Shown one piece after another: positions 57,524-64,000 of a stretch of 64,000 bases of DNA. This DNA comes from the human T2T-CHM13v2.0 reference genome, Homo sapiens, in the NCBI RefSeq assembly GCF_009914755.1, contig NC_060925.1. One strand, written 5' to 3'. Both the position numbers and the translations under genes were made by a program. Position 1 is the stretch's first letter. Every line of letters begins with the position of its first letter. The notes below the pieces were generated by a model. It saw only the letters and a list, made by a program, of their open reading frames with translations, searched no databases and had not been told where the DNA came from.

Positions 57524-58002
57524 TGTCAACAAAATAACAAGCAGAGAGAGACTCTTTAAAAGAAAATGGTGTTTATTTGGGAATAGAGCATTGAAATGGG
57601 AATACATATGCCATAGTAAACTGTGTATGTATTCAGGAAGGTAAAGAAAGACAACGGTTTTTAAAGGAAAAAATAAGGATTATGTAACTACTTTTAAATA
57701 ATTATCCTTGACTACAAAGATCAATAGCAAGGATGATGCCAGTCCAAGACTGGACAACCAATTGCTGGGCAGATGTCCCTGCAGAAGCATTTTTTGTGTA
57801 AGGTTGCAATGGTTTTTGTGTAAGGTTGTGTTTTTGCAGTCTTTTGTGATAGTTTTTGTTATCGTTTTGTATATCTCATACTTGGGTATACAAGTATGAG
57901 AACCCTCTCTTCATGGCCTTCCCCGCTCTATTTGCCAGGTTTTTTGTTTTGTTTTGTTTTGTTTAACACTAGTCACTCTATTTGATTCTGACAACTTTCA
58001 CA
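57524..58002 (-). mobile_element. ERV1-class solo LTR (MER67-like)
   Basis: TG...CA termini (tgtcaac...tttcaca), perfect 4-bp TSD ccat, AATAAA-like signal on the - strand near 57571-57576. Family name from recall. Confidence 0.8.
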
Positions 58003-58257
58003 CCATTACGCAATACTGATTTCTCTGGAGCAAATTTTGCTGATAGTGTCATATTTATTACATTTTCTAATTTATTTATTTACCTGGAAAATGTGCATCA
58101 AATGCCCACTGTGTACAAAGTATTGTGCCAAGCAATGTAAACAATGTTATATGAATGTAACCAAGTTCCTGCCTTCCACAACCTAGTCCTGGAAATAGAC
58201 ATACCCAAATTATACAGAGCAGGAACAAAGCAGGAAGAGAGATAAAAAGAGCTGAAT

Positions 58258-58381
58258 ATAAAACATTTGATAAAATGAACCTGTCATTTAAGAGCCTGAT
58301 AAAATGTCATTTAAGAGCCTGATAAAACATTTGATAAAATGAACCTGTCATTTTTATCAAATGAGCCTGTCATTTAAGAGC
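58258..58381. repeat. Mosaic of short direct and inverted local copies
   Basis: 32-mer x2, 14-mer x3, one inverted 12-mer. Confidence 0.92.
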
Positions 58382-58767
58382 AAGCTCTTCATCAAAATGG
58401 AGACCAGCCTGGCTACAAAGAGCCCCCTGAAAATTAGGGGTTGATTTTGCAGTTATTCTTTTTGTGAAAAGTAAAAGGAATGTGGCTTGTTGGGAAATTG
58501 GCTTGCAAATCAAGGTAGGAAATTTATTTGTTGAAGATGATCATTTGATATGTTTGATAAAAAGAAAACAAGCATTCAAAAATCAGAGCAGATAAATAAA
58601 TTTATTCAGATTTACTATTTATTATCAGTTCCACACCTGAGTTTCTATTCAAATAATTCAGTCTTCAGTTGAGTATATTCTATCTTGCCATATCTTTTAT
58701 GAGCCTTAATTCATGAGAAATTCAAGCTGCAGTACATGTGTGTACTTAACACAGAAGAGAAATTCTT

Positions 58768-59080
<313 letters not shown>

Positions 59081-60563
59081 TTATGTTTTGTTCTGCAAAG
59101 GTTTTTTTTAAATACTAGAATAAAACTCATTAAAACTTCAAACTTTCTCACATTTACAAAAGCAATGTAAATTTTTCATATGAACTCTCTAAGAACTGAA
59201 CGTCTATAATTCAGGTTTTTGATAGAAAGGAAAGTTTTTTAAATAGCTTGGCATAGAGTCAATATAGTATTGATTATGGAGTATACTCAGCCCTAAATAT
59301 ATCCCAATACTTAATGAGAGTACTCTTATCAGATTAAAATTTGAAATGAGAATTAATTCTAGTTAGTTAATGTGAAGCACAATGAGGATTATCTGAGATT
59401 CCTGCTCTTTCTCATAATACCTGGCAATCATCATTGAACACCATGAAGGCTTGCTCTTAAGGCACTAATTTGGTCACTGCATTATTTCATTTTCCCTCAT
59501 CCTAAGAGCTGTAGGCATTCAAAGTGCAAGATATCAATGTACTAATATTTCTCTAACATACAAAATTTATGTGTACTGGTCCTTTAAAAAGGATTATCCT
59601 TTGGGTGGTGAATTTAAATCAACCAGAAATCACATGCCCATATCTCTAAGCTGATTTCTTTTTTTGGAGTTTAAAATGAACTGTGCTGTCCTCCCTGTTG
59701 GATAATCCCACCAACCCTGTGGCCAGGCCTTCTCTGAGCTATTTTTAAGCTTACAGCTTTGGATAATAAGAATGCAACAGAATTTCTAGGAAAATTACAA
59801 CATCATCTGGACTGTTTCTGCAATATAAACATCTATAATTTATCCATTTAACAAAACATTTACCAGAAGGTAATCAAACATAAATCCAGGAGAGAACAAG
59901 AGAGGAAATTCAGAAACCAAGTGTGTTTTATGATAGATTGATGAGCTGTAATTGCAAAGCTCTACTTTTTGTTGGAATTGCAAATACTATTTTCATTAAC
60001 CTTCAGTCTTTTCATGTCTAAATCATGAAAAGAGACAATTAAAAAACATTTTGTGGCACAGAAGATATCAAATAAAAAATTAAATAAAGGAGAGAGAGCT
60101 TCTGGAAATAATGTAATGATTATAGTAAAATGTTCCTTCATACTTTCAAATCAGCTAAAGCTAGAAACCCATTAATTACATATTTTTTAAGGATTAAATT
60201 TTCAGAATATCTTTTCCCTTTTTAGATTGTTTTCTTGGTAACTTCATTTCAACTTAAGCCATTTATTTCTCATTTTTCATTAGGTTGCAATTTCCTCAAA
60301 ATTGTACACATTTTATTCAAATCTATGATAGTGTGTTTATATAAAACATATAGGTAGCCAAATGCAGCAATAAAATTTAAATTTTTTATTAATTTAACAT
60401 TTGTTCTTCAAATCGTCTTTTGCATAGTATGCATGTATTTACTAATATAATAGACATGCACGTAAATCATATGCATTTATTTTTTCAAAGCATCATTGGG
60501 TTTATACCCTGCAATGAACATTGCACAGTACCACCATTTATTTCCTCAGCCTCTTCTTCTATG

Positions 60564-60596
<33 letters not shown>
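60564..60596. repeat. (CA)n microsatellite
   Basis: About 13 pure ca units, then interruptions. Confidence 0.95.
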
Positions 60597-60597
<1 letters not shown>

Positions 60598-62430
60598 AAC
60601 AAAAATGCAAAACTCCATTAGTTGGAATATTGTGATTCTTCTGGTCTTTATTTTAACTGGAGAAGCCCTACACGAATATAGTAACATAGTTGTTTGATTC
60701 CCCATCTGAACTATCCAAGATGTAAGCCTGATAACCACATTCATTTTAACAAATACAATGTCAATTCATTTTGCTCTTCTGTCCTAAGAAAGAGTAAGTT
60801 TCTTTGGAACTGAGATTTATTCTATTATCTCCTTCCACTCAAAAAAAAAAAATGGAGATTCAGCATTTCTGTAGATTTTTAACTTAGGACTAAATGTTAT
60901 TTCTACCAATATTTTTAGAATAAGTTAAATTAAATGTGATAGAAATCTGAATGGGAATCATAGTTTGGCAACCACTGTAAAGAGCAGAATTATCTTTGGA
61001 GGTGATACAGCAACAATTTTTTAAGGGAAAAATGTTCATTATTTTATCATGTCCAGTGAAATGTCAGCTCAAATTACTTGACATGATTGTGGTCTTATTA
61101 TTTCAATGAAGTAATGAAAGAAACAAGAAGAAGGAATATTATGTTATCAGGTGATTCAGCCTTAGCCCTTTCCCTGGTTGTATGACCTCAGACAAGTTGT
61201 TTGGTCTCCTTAAAATGAAGGTCTTTCATTTATAAAATGACAGGATTAGACTAAACCAACAGGTTTCACACTGGGCTTTCATGAACAATGGGGGGTGGGA
61301 AGGTATTGGCAAGTAAGCTGGTTCACTGGATTCAATCTTTCTTCCACCTCTCTCCCTTTCTTTGTCTCTCTCTAAAAAGATCTGTCTAAATGTTCTACAT
61401 ATTGGGCTCTCTTCCTTTTGAAGAAGAGGTTTTTTGAACTAACACCTTGTTTAAAAAAAAATAGCCCCTCTATGTAAGTTTATTTTTATGGTTGCTTCCC
61501 ATGCTAAAGCCTATGGTCTAAAGTCGCATGTTTTGGATTTGGTGCTTTTTTTTTTGTTTCTTAGAAAAATGATTCCACACATGAACCATTTTTGAACGCT
61601 TTATTCTGCACATACTGTTACAGAATTTACCTGAAAAAAAAACAACTGTTAACATACTGAGGGCTCGAGGAGACTCTAGGAATGAGACAAGACAAGGACT
61701 GTGGTCCTTTGGGAATCACACTTGTTCTATGCCTCAGTGAAACAGCAAAGAGAAGATGTCCCTCTCTTCTTTGCCCTCCTCTGAACTACTCCAGCACTTT
61801 ATTTCCGTCTTCAGATATTAATTCAATTCAGCATATATGTACTGAGGGCTCATTCTACATGCGGCATTTTATGTTATTTTTAGTTACGTGCATGACTTAT
61901 TTCCCCTTCTGAATGGCTACTTTTTGATTGGAGCCTTCCTGTTTCATCTCTTTCTTACTACCCATCCCCAGTGCCTAGCACAATGCCTATGGAAGTGAGT
62001 ACAAAACAGACATTCTTTAAAAAAAAAAAATGCTTAAGTAATCACATTGAGAGCCGACTAACCTTCTTTGAAGATCTTTCATGATAAAAGTACCACTCAA
62101 AATTAACAGCTATGATTAATTTGCTAAGTTTTATACCAATTTCGCCCTTAACACTGATATTTTTAACATTGATACGATGTCAAGTATGATGATGAACAAC
62201 ATACCATTCATGGCCTCCAAATCCTAGAAAATTTTTTATTTCTTTAACTGTGAGATATTTAAATTTTGAACAATTCCCTGAAAATTCTCAGTGGATTTTT
62301 AATTCATTGCAATTCTAGGTTTGAGTCTGCAGATAGAGAAATCTGAGCACTCACAAAGTCACTATTATGGTTTGACAATCAAGAACTCCATTATTAAAGT
62401 TCAATTTTAATTTCACAATTAAGTTACAAC

Positions 62431-62486
62431 TTTTGGTCAAATTGAAGGCATTAAGGTATTTTGGTCAAATTGAAGGCATTAAGGTA
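62431..62486. repeat. Perfect 28-bp tandem duplication
   Basis: ttttggtcaaattgaaggcattaaggta x2. Confidence 0.96.
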
Positions 62487-64000
62487 GTCAGTACATCCCT
62501 CAAAGCTACAGTGGAATAAATAATTATTTCATGCAAGTTTGCTATGTTCCTGATGTCTGAAACAGGTTAAGAGTAGAAAAAAGAATGGCCCATATGCTGT
62601 ATTCTTTACTCTTCATCACCAACTGATCAGAAATAACATCAAATGTAACCTCATTGTCTGATTTTTAGTATAACGCAGAGCAAGAAATCTGAGCTGTGTA
62701 ACACACCCAAACTTCTACTCAACTACTGTTTCCTGACACTGAAACAGCCAATGCCAACTTCTGTGGGCATTTTCATTTATTAAATGTTGTTAAGGAATGT
62801 ATTTAAGATTTCTTTAATTCAAAGCAAATTTTTACTTCTAATTACATGAATTTCCAAGAATTTATATTCTGTCATCTAGTATTTTTTTACTGGCAGATTT
62901 ACTATGGTTTACAAGTGTAATATTTTGGAATCTTCTTTACTACATCATTAGTCAATCAATTTTAATGAACTAGTGATGAGATATAATGTATCATATAACT
63001 TTCATCTAAGTTTTAAAGGCTGTATGGCATTTCTAGAGATATAATGCTGCTTTAAATTTGAAAAAGCTAAAGTCACTGAAAGAGTCTAATTATTAAGTGA
63101 TTGGTTATCTGAAATATTAATCATATTTTAAGAAAGCATAAAAATAGTAAGTAAAATAAAAAAGGCAATGTGTAACCAAAATAAGTATCAGTCCATTGAA
63201 AATTGAAGAAGTCAACCAGTGAACTGGCTCTGTTACCTCTATTCAGCCAAGCTGTCAACTTGACTGCCTCTTTTCTTAATCAACTGAGTCTCAAACCGCA
63301 AAGAAAGCAATTACATAACCATCAGTCATTCAGTTGCCAAGATTTATTTCTATCAAGTTTCAATAAGGTTGTATTTAGTTTTGCCTTTACGGCAGTGAAG
63401 GCTTATGGGATACACTTCTTTCTGTATTAATAATAAAAATCATTCCAATCAAGACAATCTGCAACTTAATGTAGAGAAAATCAGAGACCCATAGCACTCA
63501 ATACAGAGAACAATGTACATTTTGTGACATAAATATCACATAATAGACAGATGGAACTCTGAAACTGTAACCTTAGGCTATGTTTAAACTGAATATCAAT
63601 TGCTTATATCAATGATTCTTAAACAGAAGACAGCAGACATGTCCTCTGTTACTAATGTCAGTGTGTTTTATCCCCAAGGGACGCATTCCTTAAGTATACT
63701 GGATTGATTGAGAACCACTCCTATAGATAATAAGTATACTTGCATTTAGCAATAAGGGAAATAAAAAATATTTCTCTAATGTAAAAGTGTATAAACCAAG
63801 AACTTTCCAGTGAGTCAAAATAAGATTTAAATGTACTATAAGTGTCCAGTCATGTTTGGCATGATTGAAATATTTGGTCATGCTGATTAGTTTATATTAG
63901 TGTTTATATAACACTAAGGTAATGGCCATATGCCCCTTTCCAAACCACCCTAATCAGCCCCTGCAAAAACAAATCAGGACAACAACAATGGAACTGAACT

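Overview
This is primate, most likely human, genomic DNA: AT-rich, CpG-depleted and dense in Alu, L1, MIR, L2 and LTR remnants. It covers the 3' part of LRRC7 (densin-180) on the + strand. Three phase-0 coding exons are visible (18564-18785, 32228-32320, 50253-50327); they encode the pre-PDZ linker and most of the C-terminal PDZ domain. The last coding exon and the preceding exons lie outside the window, so about 99% of it is intron. I found no prokaryote-type system (CRISPR, operon) and no new protein-coding gene; nearly all ORF-track entries are repeat-derived or chance ORFs. The most notable signals are: (i) a perfect 112-bp inverted duplication 2.4 kb apart, coupled to a 90-bp tandem duplication (possible micro-inversion or template-switch scar); (ii) in-frame alternative splice sites on both sides of the 222-nt exon (+13 aa and +12 aa); (iii) several other locally templated scars, including a ~105-nt hairpin, a 52-bp inverted repeat split by a later Alu, a palindrome overlapping a 42-bp dispersed copy, and a mosaic patchwork; (iv) a young 5'-inverted L1PA with about 1.1 kb missing and both ORF2 pieces still open; (v) intronic (CTG)11 and (CG)9(CA)n tracts. 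Gene and repeat subfamily names come from my recall of the sequences, not from a database search.
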